Positions 49,002 to 58,193 of a stretch of DNA of 64,000 nucleotides are shown here, in pieces (the stretch's first letter is position 1; every line of letters starts with the position of its first letter). The translations under genes and the position numbers were made by a program. The notes beneath the pieces were generated by a model that saw nothing but the letters and a program-made list of their open reading frames with translations, did not search any database and was not told the DNA's origin. This DNA comes from Candidatus Latescibacterota bacterium (GTDB lineage: Bacteria; Latescibacterota; UBA2968), in assembly GCA_965207885.1 (NCBI GenBank), contig OZ242311.1, positions 5,664,001 to 5,728,000 on the forward strand, in the 5' to 3' direction.

Positions 49002-49763
49002 TCACCGACAACATCGGAACCCGATCCCCTTCCCCTGCCACCTGGGATTGAGACGTCCGCGCTCCTGCACCCGCACGGCTGGTGCGCCATTTACCCAACT
49101 GCCGCCGCGCATCACGCGCAAGCCCCCGCTCTCTGGTCCCTGGGGATTTTCCCGCGGACTATTGCGATAATAATCCACGCGGTGCCAATCCGCCACCCAC
49201 TCCCACACATTACCCGACAAATCCGCCACCTCAAAAGGACTCACACCATTGGGAAAACTACCCACAGTCGAGGGCTTGCCCACTTGCCCATTAAAATTCA
49301 ACCGCGTCGGATCGGGATCCTCATTGCCCCAGGGATAAATACGCCCATCTCCACCCGCGGCCTTTTCCCACTCCGCCTCGGAACACAACCGCTTGCCTGC
49401 CCACGCGCAAAAATCCTGTGCATCAAACCAGGTCACACCAACCACTGGTTGCCGCGCGGCATTAAACCCCACAGAATCGGCACACGCCGAAGGATCGCGT
49501 CCTGTCGTCGCAACGAATAATCTGTAATCCGCGTTCACCACCTCAAAGCGATCAATCCAGAACGCATCTAAAAACACCACATGCTCGGGACCTTCATCCC
49601 GCCCAAACTCATTGGTCCCCATCACAAATTCGCCCGCTGGAATTTCGACCATCTCCTCAACCAACTCGCCCTCTGATTCTGGCTGAACGGGATAATCATC
49701 GCCACAATTAGCTATCAGCCCCATCCCAATGAGCACGCACAAAAATTTTAAAATATCGCTCAT
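49002..49763 (-). CDS. FGE-sulfatase (SUMF1/EgtB/PvdO) domain lipoprotein
   Basis: IPAGEFVMG, QPVVGVTW, RL.SEAEWEKAA, GNVWEW, RGGSW, GFRC. Confidence 0.88.
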   Translation of the reverse strand: MSDILKFLCVLIGMGLIANCGDDYPVQPESEGELVEEMVEIPAGEFVMGTNEFGRDEGPEHVVFLDAFWIDRFEVVNADYRLFVATTGRDPSACADSVGFNAARQPVVGVTWFDAQDFCAWAGKRLCSEAEWEKAAGGDGRIYPWGNEDPDPTRLNFNGQVGKPSTVGSFPNGVSPFEVADLSGNVWEWVADWHRVDYYRNSPRENPQGPESGGLRVMRGGSWVNGAPAVRVQERGRLNPRWQGKGIGFRCCR

Positions 49764-49845
49764 CTCAGCCTCCTGATGAGACCGCTAAAACAGCGGCATC
49801 CGAAAGAGGTTGTTTGTTCTCAAAATCGCGTGTATTTTTGCGTCT

Positions 49846-49905
49846 TGGATCGCGGCTCAACATCATAGCCTGCCCCGTAGTGCTTTTATACGGGGCCGCG
49901 ATGAC
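49846..49905. repeat. REP-like palindrome copy 1 with nested 28-nt hairpin
   Basis: TGGATCGCGGC...CCGCGATGAC; insert at 49868-49895. Confidence 0.8.
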
Positions 49906-49954
49906 ATCTGCACTCCCCTTATTCATCTCTATCCCCATCTGGACGGGAAATTCA

Positions 49955-50455
49955 ATGAACAAAGTCACCACATATTACCTCGAAATGAAAACGCCATCTT
50001 TGCTAAAAGAAAAAACAGAATCGAACGGACTGGATGTACATGAATGCGAAATCAAACAATATCAATTTAACAAATTCCTGTATCAATTCATAGGCGGACC
50101 CTGGGATTGGACAAACAAACTCTCATTGTCAGATGAACAATGGAAAGCACACGTAGAAAACGACAACCTGAGAACATGGCTTGCCCAGTACAAAGGCGCA
50201 CCTGCTGGATACTACGAACTCCAAAAGCAAGACGATGGCAACGTCGAAATCCTCTATTTTGGTCTGGCCACCAAATTCATCGGACAGGGCTTTGGGGGTT
50301 ATCTCTTATCTCATGCAATAAAATCCGCCTGGAAGTGGGGACAAACAAAAAGAGTATGGGTGCATACCTGCACCCTTGACCATCCACATGCACTGCAAAA
50401 TTACAAAGCACGGGGCATGGAAGTCTATCACATAGAAACCACTGACCATGAGTAG
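49955..50455 (+). CDS. GNAT family N-acetyltransferase
   Basis: EILYFGL...FIGQGFGGYLL, RVWVHTCTLDHPHALQNY. Confidence 0.88.
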   Translation: MNKVTTYYLEMKTPSLLKEKTESNGLDVHECEIKQYQFNKFLYQFIGGPWDWTNKLSLSDEQWKAHVENDNLRTWLAQYKGAPAGYYELQKQDDGNVEILYFGLATKFIGQGFGGYLLSHAIKSAWKWGQTKRVWVHTCTLDHPHALQNYKARGMEVYHIETTDHE

Positions 50456-50471
50456 TGACACCAAAACCTTC

Positions 50472-50502
50472 TGGATCGCGGCTAAAACCACGCCGCGATG
50501 AC
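50472..50502. repeat. REP-like palindrome copy 2
   Basis: TGGATCGCGGC-TAAAACCAC-GCCGCGATGAC. Confidence 0.8.
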
Positions 50503-50506
50503 AAAC

Positions 50507-50532
50507 GGGACGACACGGGGGCCGTTCCCTAC
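50507..50532 (-). repeat. GTAG-type REP-like hairpin
   Basis: GTAGGGAACGGCCCCCGTGTCGTCCC on the - strand. Confidence 0.45.
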
Positions 50533-50559
50533 AACACGCGAACAAACCAAGGAGAACTT

Positions 50560-51294
50560 ATGAGACTTGAAAACAAAAACATCGTCGTAACGGGCGGTGC
50601 ATCGGGCATAGGGCAGGCGGCAGCGCGATGCTGTGCCCGGGAAGGCGCGCGCGTAGCCGTCGTAGATCTGGACGGAGCGGGGGTGGACCGCACAGTTAGA
50701 GAAATCGAAAACGCGGGTGGGAATGCAGCGGGATATCACGCAGACATAAAAGAAGAAACTCAGGTACGCGCGCTCTTTGAAAATATCGGCAACGCCTTTG
50801 GACACATCGACGGCTTAATCAACGCCGCTGGCATACTCGAAGGCGCGCTCGTACCCGTCGATGAATTTGAAGAATTCACCTGGGACAGAGTCATAGACAT
50901 CAATCTGAAAGGCAGCTTTCTCGCCTCAAAATACACCGTACCCTTAATGGAAAAAGCCAGCAAAGGCGTCATCGTACTCATCGCCTCTGGCGCAGGTGTC
51001 AGAGGTGGCAGCTCATCCGTCGCCTATGGCTCCAGCAAAGGCGGTGTCCACGGCCTCTCCCTCGTATTGGCAACCCAACTTTCCAACCGCAACATCCGCG
51101 TCCACGGCGTATGCCCGGGCGGTATCGAAACACCACTCAAAATGCGCGTCGTACAAAAACAAGCCGACGCCGCGGGGCGCGACGTCACAAAAATGGCAAC
51201 CGGACTCGGCGACCCCGAAGGCGTGGGCAAAATACTGTCCTTCCTCGTATCTGACGACGCCGATTATCTTCGCGGCAGCATCTTCACGCGATAG
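50560..51294 (+). CDS. SDR family oxidoreductase
   Basis: TGGASGIG, NAAG, YGSSK. Confidence 0.9.
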   Translation: MRLENKNIVVTGGASGIGQAAARCCAREGARVAVVDLDGAGVDRTVREIENAGGNAAGYHADIKEETQVRALFENIGNAFGHIDGLINAAGILEGALVPVDEFEEFTWDRVIDINLKGSFLASKYTVPLMEKASKGVIVLIASGAGVRGGSSSVAYGSSKGGVHGLSLVLATQLSNRNIRVHGVCPGGIETPLKMRVVQKQADAAGRDVTKMATGLGDPEGVGKILSFLVSDDADYLRGSIFTR

Positions 51295-51305
51295 GAGACC
51301 AGACC

Positions 51306-52169
51306 ATGCGCTTAGGTGTCGTAGGCCTTTTACCCCGGGATTTTCGCACCCTGCAATCGCCACATCTTCAAACCATCCAAAACCTCGGATTCACCGGCGG
51401 AGCCTTTCACTTCCCCGCAGAACTCTGCGAAGAAATCACAACCGCCGACACAGACCGGTGCCGCGCACTTTTTGCCGAACACAACCTCGACCTCGCACAA
51501 TTCTCCATCACATACCCCGAATGCCTCTTTGATCCCGATCCAGAAATCCGAAACGCAATCATCCACAAAATGAAAAAAGGCACAGAAATCGCCGCGGGCC
51601 TATCCGCACAAACCTATCTCCTGCGCCCGGGCAGCCGCAACCCCGCCGGAGGCTGGACGCCCCATCGCCAAAACCACACACCAGAAGCATGGGATCGCCT
51701 CATTGAAACCCTGCGAGAAATCGCCCCCACCCTCGAACAAAACGGCGTCACAGTCGTCATGGAAACCCACCTCGTCTCCATCCTCAAAAACCCGGAAACA
51801 TGCCGCCAAATGGTCGAAAGCGTCGGATCGCCCAACCTGCGCCTGGTCATGGACTACGTCAACCACTTTGAAACCCTGAGCCAGGTCTATGCCAGCACCG
51901 ACCGCCTGGACCACATCTTTTCCGAAATGGGCGCTTATTCCCCGGTCATGCACATCAAAGACATCGCCATCGGCAGAGGGCTTGTGGTCCACCTCGACGA
52001 AACCGTACCTGGCAACGGCGAACTCGACCTCGCCCACTGCTTCCGGCATTTCCAGAACCACCACCCCAACAACTACGGCCTCATCGAACACCTCAAACCC
52101 GACCTCATACCCGAAGCCGCCGCAAACACCCGCACCATCGCCACCCGTGCCGGTGTTCCGATAACATAA
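51306..52169 (+). CDS. Sugar phosphate isomerase/epimerase (TIM barrel)
   Basis: VMETH, MDYVN, HIKD, PG.G.LD, IEH. Confidence 0.85.
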   Translation: MRLGVVGLLPRDFRTLQSPHLQTIQNLGFTGGAFHFPAELCEEITTADTDRCRALFAEHNLDLAQFSITYPECLFDPDPEIRNAIIHKMKKGTEIAAGLSAQTYLLRPGSRNPAGGWTPHRQNHTPEAWDRLIETLREIAPTLEQNGVTVVMETHLVSILKNPETCRQMVESVGSPNLRLVMDYVNHFETLSQVYASTDRLDHIFSEMGAYSPVMHIKDIAIGRGLVVHLDETVPGNGELDLAHCFRHFQNHHPNNYGLIEHLKPDLIPEAAANTRTIATRAGVPIT

Positions 52170-52211
52170 AAAACGGCGTCCAATCAAAAGATCGGACGCC
52201 GCAAAAACCAT

Positions 52212-52334
52212 TCAATTCGGACAAATCCAGCGTTTTTTCCACTCCCGCATAATGTGAAAATGCTGTTGCACCTTATGATAACGGCGTAAAATCTCGAGCA
52301 CCTTTAACCGCAAAATATACTTTTCCTGATCCAT
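52212..52334 (-). CDS. Possible 40-aa small basic protein
   Basis: GGGGAGAGG RBS just upstream of the ATG; MDQEKYILRLKVLEILRRYHKVQQHFHIMREWKKRWICPN; hairpin at 52174-52202 downstream. Confidence 0.35.
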   Translation of the reverse strand: MDQEKYILRLKVLEILRRYHKVQQHFHIMREWKKRWICPN

Positions 52335-52388
52335 AACGCCTCTCCCCATTGTGATAGTTGAGCGATTGCCCATTCTCCCAGCCCCCTC

Positions 52389-52420
52389 TGGATCGCGGCT
52401 CAACACCATGCCGCGATGAC
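52389..52420. repeat. REP-like palindrome copy 3
   Basis: TGGATCGCGGC-TCAACACCAT-GCCGCGATGAC. Confidence 0.8.
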
Positions 52421-52425
52421 GGGTT

Positions 52426-53877
52426 TCATCCTTCGCATTTCTCAGTGAACTGGTCTGGACTGCGACCAGTTGTACCCCGTTCCACACTCCTATCTCCTTC
52501 CCGATACCGATCTAAAATCCCCAGCAATTCCTCTGCCACCTCCGACTTTTCCAAGAATAAATTATACTGCTCTTCCGGATCGGATACCATATCGTAAAGC
52601 TGCATCGGCGGTGCATCTTCTGGCACATCTGCCTCCCGCAAACTCCAGCCCCCCGACCCGCGACAAGTCACCAGCTTCCATTGATCTTTGCGAATCGCAA
52701 ACTCCCCGCTAATCGAATGATGCACCGTCGCCTCCCGAATCGTATCCTCCTGATCGCCTCGCATATACGGCAAAATATCATAACTATCCTCACCCGCATC
52801 CCCTGGCAACTCCACATCGCAAATCCCGGCAACAGTCGCCAGCAAATCCGTCAAACACACCGTCTTATCACAACGCGACCCCGGCTCAATCACCCCCGGC
52901 CACGAAGCGATAAACGGAATGCGATGCCCGCCATCCCACGCATCGGACTTCTGCCCCCGATAAATATAATTCCCCAAATGATCGTACTTCTCCTTCAGCC
53001 CGATCGGCTCTTCGTGACAGCCATTATCACTCGTCACAATAATCAGCGTATCATCTCCCAACCCATTGCGCTTCACCGCCGACAAAATCCGCCCAACACT
53101 CCAATCGTGCTCCGTCACATAATCCCCGTATTCCCCCGCCTGACTTCGCCCTGCAAACCGCCCCCGCGCAAAATGCGGCGTATGCGGCGAAGGCGCGGGA
53201 AAATACAAAAAGAACGGCTTATCCCCATTCTCCTTCGCGTGCTGATTGATAAACCCCTCGGCGCGAATCGTCAACTCCAGCAAACACGTATCATGCATAA
53301 ACCCCGGCGCACACGCACCCCCGCGCCAAAATTCTGGCCTCGGCGAATCCGCAGTCTCCTCAACCGGCTGCTCCACCACCACCCCATCTTCAATATAACA
53401 ATACGGAGCCATATCCAGCGACGCCGGAATAATAAACGAATAATCAAAACCCACCGTATGGGGTCCATCCGTCAACGGCGCAGAAAAATCCACCGTCTCT
53501 CCATTCACCCTCTCCGCCCCATCTCGTACCTGCCAGCCCAAACCCAAATGCCACTTGCCCACACAAGCCGTCGTATAACCCTCATCGCGCAACAGCGAGG
53601 GCACAGTCATCCGCCCATCTTCGATCAACGGCTCGGAATACCCATTCAAAACCCCGCGCTTCAACCGCGACCGCCAGCAATAACGCCCCGTCATCACCCC
53701 GTAACGCGTGGGCGTACACACCGCAGAATTGCTATGTGCATCCGCAAAAATCATCCCCTCAGACGCGAGTTGATCCGTATGCGGCGTTGGAATCTTCGAA
53801 TCGGGATTCAAACAACTCACATCTCCATATCCCCAGTCATCTGCCAAAAGGTAGATAATATTTGGCTTGCGCATCAT
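52426..53877 (-). CDS. Arylsulfatase (Cys-type)
   Basis: PNIIYLLADD.GYGD, CTPTRYGVMTG, GKWH, SDNG. Confidence 0.92.
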   Translation of the reverse strand: MMRKPNIIYLLADDWGYGDVSCLNPDSKIPTPHTDQLASEGMIFADAHSNSAVCTPTRYGVMTGRYCWRSRLKRGVLNGYSEPLIEDGRMTVPSLLRDEGYTTACVGKWHLGLGWQVRDGAERVNGETVDFSAPLTDGPHTVGFDYSFIIPASLDMAPYCYIEDGVVVEQPVEETADSPRPEFWRGGACAPGFMHDTCLLELTIRAEGFINQHAKENGDKPFFLYFPAPSPHTPHFARGRFAGRSQAGEYGDYVTEHDWSVGRILSAVKRNGLGDDTLIIVTSDNGCHEEPIGLKEKYDHLGNYIYRGQKSDAWDGGHRIPFIASWPGVIEPGSRCDKTVCLTDLLATVAGICDVELPGDAGEDSYDILPYMRGDQEDTIREATVHHSISGEFAIRKDQWKLVTCRGSGGWSLREADVPEDAPPMQLYDMVSDPEEQYNLFLEKSEVAEELLGILDRYREGDRSVERGTTGRSPDQFTEKCEG

Positions 53878-53948
53878 ACAAACTCCCTTCATCATGTCTA
53901 TTCAAAAGCCACAAAAATCATGATCACCATAATACACCCATCCATACC

Positions 53949-54986
53949 ATGACACAACCTCATTTTCTCCAAACACTCCAGCGCCACACGTCCAACCCCT
54001 TCTTGACCATCGAAGACATCACCTGGGACTACAAAAAAAAGCGATCCATCATGTTTCCCAGCGTCATCGACATGAGCGACAAACTCAACAGCCCCATTGA
54101 TCGCTACTACATGTATCTCGCCTCACACGGCGGCAGAGAAATCGGCTTTGCAACCGCGCCAACGCTCGAAGGCCCCTGGACAATGCAAAAAGAAGCCGTC
54201 CTCCACCTCGACAATTGCCCTGCCGTCAAGGGCCACCTCAGCTCGCCCGAAATCATTTATTACAACAACCGCTTCATCCTCTACTACCACGGCGGCTGTC
54301 CGCCAGAAGTCCTCGAAGAACAAAACCGCCGAATGCCGACCCACTATTATCGCCGCATTCAAAACTCAGGCGCCGCCACCTCAACCGACGGCATCCACTT
54401 CGACATACACCCCGACCCCCTCCTCCTCCCCATCACCACACCCGATCACTGGCGTGCGGCCACCAACATGTATCTGCGCGTCGTGCCCACAGAAAACGGA
54501 TGCCACGGCTTCTTCATGACCATGACCCGCGAAGAAGCGGATTACAATAATGAAACCAAAAAACTTCCCAAAGAACAACGGAGAGGTCGCCCCCATCCCA
54601 CAAGCATCGGCCATGCCTATTCGCCCGACGGATTAGATTGGACCCTCGACGAAACCGGTGCCATCCTCACCGCCGAAGAAATATATGGGGAACACCAGCG
54701 CATTCGCCATATTGGATGCACGCTCATCGACGACACACACATCCTGGCAACCTATTCTTGCTTTGCCAACATCAATGCAACCTTTGAAAGCATCTTCGCT
54801 GCCACATTACAAATCAACGGCCAGGCGGTACGCCTTGTTCACAAACACGGAACAATCCTAACACCCCAGGGAGAATGGGAAAAGCAAAATGTGCGCGATC
54901 CTTTTCCCATATTTCACGATAAAAAACTCTATCTCTATTACGCCGGTGGCGGAGAAAAAGGCATTGGGCTGGCTATCAGCGCGTGA
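53949..54986 (+). CDS. Five-bladed beta-propeller glycosidase-like protein
   Basis: FPSVI..YYMY, HLSSPE, S.DG..F/W Asp-box-like motifs, RDP...LYLYYAG. Confidence 0.6.
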   Translation: MTQPHFLQTLQRHTSNPFLTIEDITWDYKKKRSIMFPSVIDMSDKLNSPIDRYYMYLASHGGREIGFATAPTLEGPWTMQKEAVLHLDNCPAVKGHLSSPEIIYYNNRFILYYHGGCPPEVLEEQNRRMPTHYYRRIQNSGAATSTDGIHFDIHPDPLLLPITTPDHWRAATNMYLRVVPTENGCHGFFMTMTREEADYNNETKKLPKEQRRGRPHPTSIGHAYSPDGLDWTLDETGAILTAEEIYGEHQRIRHIGCTLIDDTHILATYSCFANINATFESIFAATLQINGQAVRLVHKHGTILTPQGEWEKQNVRDPFPIFHDKKLYLYYAGGGEKGIGLAISA

Positions 54987-55042
54987 TTGTTTTCTGAACG
55001 CAAAAACATCATTTCTTTTATTGTGTATAACACGAGGTCTTC

Positions 55043-56488
55043 ATGCCCAACAAACCAAACATCCTCTGGATCTGCACCGACCAGCAGCGCTTTGACACCC
55101 TCGGCTGTTATGGCAACCCTTATGTACACACCCCCAACCTGGACCGCCTCGCCGAACAAAGCGTCCTCTTCGAAACCGCCTTCTCTCAAAGCCCCGTCTG
55201 CACGCCCAGCCGATCCAGCTTTCTCACCGGACGCTACCCGCGCACTACGCGCTGCCGACAAAACGGCCAATCCATACCCGGCGACGAAATCCCCGTCACC
55301 AAACTACTCCACGACGCCGGATACGTATGCGGCCTATCCGGCAAACTCCACATCTCGGTCTGCAACCCCAGCGCGTGCCACGGCACAGAACGCCGTATAG
55401 ACGACGGCTATGACCAGTTCTTCTGGTCGCACGACCCCGCCCCCAGATGGCCCACCAATGACTATCACCAGTGGTTGCGCGACAAGGGCCTGAAACGCGA
55501 TGTCCAACCCTTCCCCGACTCCCGATACGTACAGACACTCCCCTCTGAAGAACACAGCCAGACCACCTACTGCATCCAGCGCGCCATCACCTTCATCCGC
55601 CGATGCGCTGAAGAAGGCATGCCCTGGACCTTCTCCCTCAACCCCTTTGACCCGCATCACGCCTTTGATCCCCCGCGCGAAGACCTCGAACGCTACCGCG
55701 ATATAATCGACGACATACCCCTGCCCAACTACACCGAAGGCGAACTCCACGACAAACCCATCTGGCAACGCATTGATCACGGCGGCTCTTACGGCGGCAA
55801 AGGCATGTATGCGTACGACCAAATGATCGACACCGATCACCGTTGGGTCACCGCGGCGTATTGGGCCATGGTCGATGTCATCGACCGGCAGACCGGCCAC
55901 CTGCTCGACTGCCTTGAAGAAACCGGTCAACGCGACAACACATACATCATCTTCACCTCTGACCACGGCGAAATGCTAGGCGACCACGGCATCTACCTCA
56001 AAGGTCCCTTCTTCTACGAACCCGCTGTGCGCGTCCCCCTCCTCATCTCAGGACCGGGCCTTCGCAACGACGGCTCGCGATCATCTGCACTCTTCGAACT
56101 CGTTGACCTCGCGCCCACTATCCTCGAATGGGTCGGCCTCGACCGCCATCCCGCCATGCAGGGCCGCACGCTCCAACCCATCCTGAAAGGTGACGCGCCC
56201 CTCAACCAGCACCGCGACGACATCTACTGCGAATATTACAACGCCATGCCGGGCCACAAAAATCCGCCAGCCCATGCCACCATGGTCCGCACCGACCGCT
56301 ACAAACTCGTCGCCGCACACGGCACTGGCGAAGGCGAACTCTACGACCTCGAAACCGACCCCACTGAAACGCACAACCAGTGGAACAACCCCAACTACAC
56401 CACCGTGCGCCTCGACCTCATGACCCGCCTTGCCGACCGCCTGGCCTGGACCGTTGATCCCCTGCCCCCGAGAGAAGCGGGATTTTAA
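55043..56488 (+). CDS. Sulfatase (Cys-type)
   Basis: PNILWICTDQQR, CTPSRSSFLTG, GKLH, SDHG. Confidence 0.92.
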   Translation: MPNKPNILWICTDQQRFDTLGCYGNPYVHTPNLDRLAEQSVLFETAFSQSPVCTPSRSSFLTGRYPRTTRCRQNGQSIPGDEIPVTKLLHDAGYVCGLSGKLHISVCNPSACHGTERRIDDGYDQFFWSHDPAPRWPTNDYHQWLRDKGLKRDVQPFPDSRYVQTLPSEEHSQTTYCIQRAITFIRRCAEEGMPWTFSLNPFDPHHAFDPPREDLERYRDIIDDIPLPNYTEGELHDKPIWQRIDHGGSYGGKGMYAYDQMIDTDHRWVTAAYWAMVDVIDRQTGHLLDCLEETGQRDNTYIIFTSDHGEMLGDHGIYLKGPFFYEPAVRVPLLISGPGLRNDGSRSSALFELVDLAPTILEWVGLDRHPAMQGRTLQPILKGDAPLNQHRDDIYCEYYNAMPGHKNPPAHATMVRTDRYKLVAAHGTGEGELYDLETDPTETHNQWNNPNYTTVRLDLMTRLADRLAWTVDPLPPREAGF

Positions 56489-56501
56489 TAAGGAGCATTT
56501 C

Positions 56502-58187
56502 ATGCCCGAAACACAACCGCGACCCGAACATCCTCGTCCGCAATTTCAGCGCAACACATGGTTGAACCTCAACGGCACCTATAACTTCGCCATAGACTCT
56601 GGAAAATCCGGCGAAGCCAAAGGTTGGCCCCAAAATCCCGCTGAGTTAGACTGCGCCATCACCGTCCCCTTCTGTCCTGAATCCAGCCTCTCAGGCATAC
56701 AATACACGGACTTCATGCCCTCGGTCTGGTATCACAGAACCCTCGACATCCCCGACGAATGGACGGACAAGCGCGTACTCCTGCACTTCGGCGCGGTCGA
56801 TTACCACTGCAAAGCCTGGGTCAACGGTCGGCTCATCGGACAGCATTACGGCGGCAGTTCATCCTTCACATTTGACATCACAGACGCGCTCACGTCTGGC
56901 GCGAACAACCTCGTCGTCTGCGCCAATGACGACACGCGCTCTGGCGACCAGCCATCGGGCAAACAATGCCCCGACCTCTATTCCCGCGGCTGCCACTACA
57001 CGCGTGTCACGGGAATATGGCAAACCGTCTGGCTCGAAGCCGTACCCGAATCGCGCATCGAAACGGTACGCATCGTACCCGACCTCGACAGCAGCCGCTT
57101 TGTACTCACCCCCACATTCAAAAACGCGCATCGCGGACACAGCTTTCGCGCCGTCCTCCTCAACGGCAAAGAAGAAGTCGCGGTCTCCACCATGCCCGCC
57201 ACGAGCGGCACTGCCATGTCCTTGCGCATCAAAAACCCGCAACCCTGGTCGCCAGACAACCCCCATCTCTACGACCTCCGCTTTGAACTCCGCGACAACG
57301 ACACCACCATCGACACAGCCAACAGCTATGCCGGCCTGCGAAAATTTCACATCGAAGGGCACAAATTCTACCTCAACAACACCCCCCTATTCCTGCGCCT
57401 TGTACTGGACCAGGGATTCTATCCCGACGGAATATGGACTGCCCCATCCGACGAAATGCTCAAAGGCGACATCGAAAAATCGCTCGCAGTAGGCTTCAAC
57501 GGCGCGCGCCTGCACCAGAAAGTATTCGAAGAACGCTTTCACTACTGGGCCGACAAACTCGGATATCTCACCTGGGGCGAATACTGCGACTGGGGCATGA
57601 ACTTCGGCTCACCCCAATCTATTCACAACCAGCAGCGCGAATGGCGAGAAATTGTCCAGCGAGACCTCAACCACCCCTCTATCCTCGCGTGGACCCCATA
57701 CAACGAAACCCGGGGCGGCGCGACCAACCACTTTGAAGCACACCGCCGGGCCGTACAGGAAACCTACGACCTCACCAGAGCACTCGACCCCTCTCGACCC
57801 TGCCACGACACCAGCGGCTACGTACACGTCTGCACAGACATCTACACCGTACACGACTACGAACAGGACCCCGTCAAATTCCAGGCAACTTATGCACCCG
57901 TATCTCCCGACGACTGGAAAAACACACCCATCCGCTTTCCCGAACTGAATGTGCCCTATCAGGGCCAACCCTATGTCGTCGATGAATACGGCGGCACATG
58001 GTGGGACCCCAATGCCGTCGAAACAGAACAGGACGCAGACCGCAAAAGCAGCTGGGGCTATGGCAAGCGCCCCACCGACATCGAACAAGAACAAAACGGC
58101 ATCTACACCTATGACCGCCGGGAAAAATTCGACGCAAAACGCCTGAAAAAATACTTCGGCGCCCCGGCGGCGATAGAAGAGGAGTAA
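56502..58187 (+). CDS. Glycoside hydrolase family 2, with probable in-frame deletion near the C-terminus
   Basis: RPEHPRPQ, LHFGAVDY, GIWQTVWLE, LDQG.YPDG, NHPSI..W..YNE, DEYGG. Confidence 0.88.
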   Translation: MPETQPRPEHPRPQFQRNTWLNLNGTYNFAIDSGKSGEAKGWPQNPAELDCAITVPFCPESSLSGIQYTDFMPSVWYHRTLDIPDEWTDKRVLLHFGAVDYHCKAWVNGRLIGQHYGGSSSFTFDITDALTSGANNLVVCANDDTRSGDQPSGKQCPDLYSRGCHYTRVTGIWQTVWLEAVPESRIETVRIVPDLDSSRFVLTPTFKNAHRGHSFRAVLLNGKEEVAVSTMPATSGTAMSLRIKNPQPWSPDNPHLYDLRFELRDNDTTIDTANSYAGLRKFHIEGHKFYLNNTPLFLRLVLDQGFYPDGIWTAPSDEMLKGDIEKSLAVGFNGARLHQKVFEERFHYWADKLGYLTWGEYCDWGMNFGSPQSIHNQQREWREIVQRDLNHPSILAWTPYNETRGGATNHFEAHRRAVQETYDLTRALDPSRPCHDTSGYVHVCTDIYTVHDYEQDPVKFQATYAPVSPDDWKNTPIRFPELNVPYQGQPYVVDEYGGTWWDPNAVETEQDADRKSSWGYGKRPTDIEQEQNGIYTYDRREKFDAKRLKKYFGAPAAIEEE

Positions 58188-58193
58188 TCCCCC

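Noticed and set aside
48840-49520. 226-aa + strand ORF
   Set aside because: Mostly antisense to the FGE-domain gene; TTG start and no motifs
49002-49763. True formylglycine-generating enzyme for the four sulfatases
   Set aside because: Lacks the catalytic CxxxxC after RGGS and has a lipoprotein-like N-terminus; FGE-fold protein only
52681-53952. Long antisense/shadow ORFs (423 aa here; also 37137-38336, 34007-34975, 57609-58478)
   Set aside because: They overlap well-supported genes on the opposite strand, have no motifs, and are explained by the codon skew
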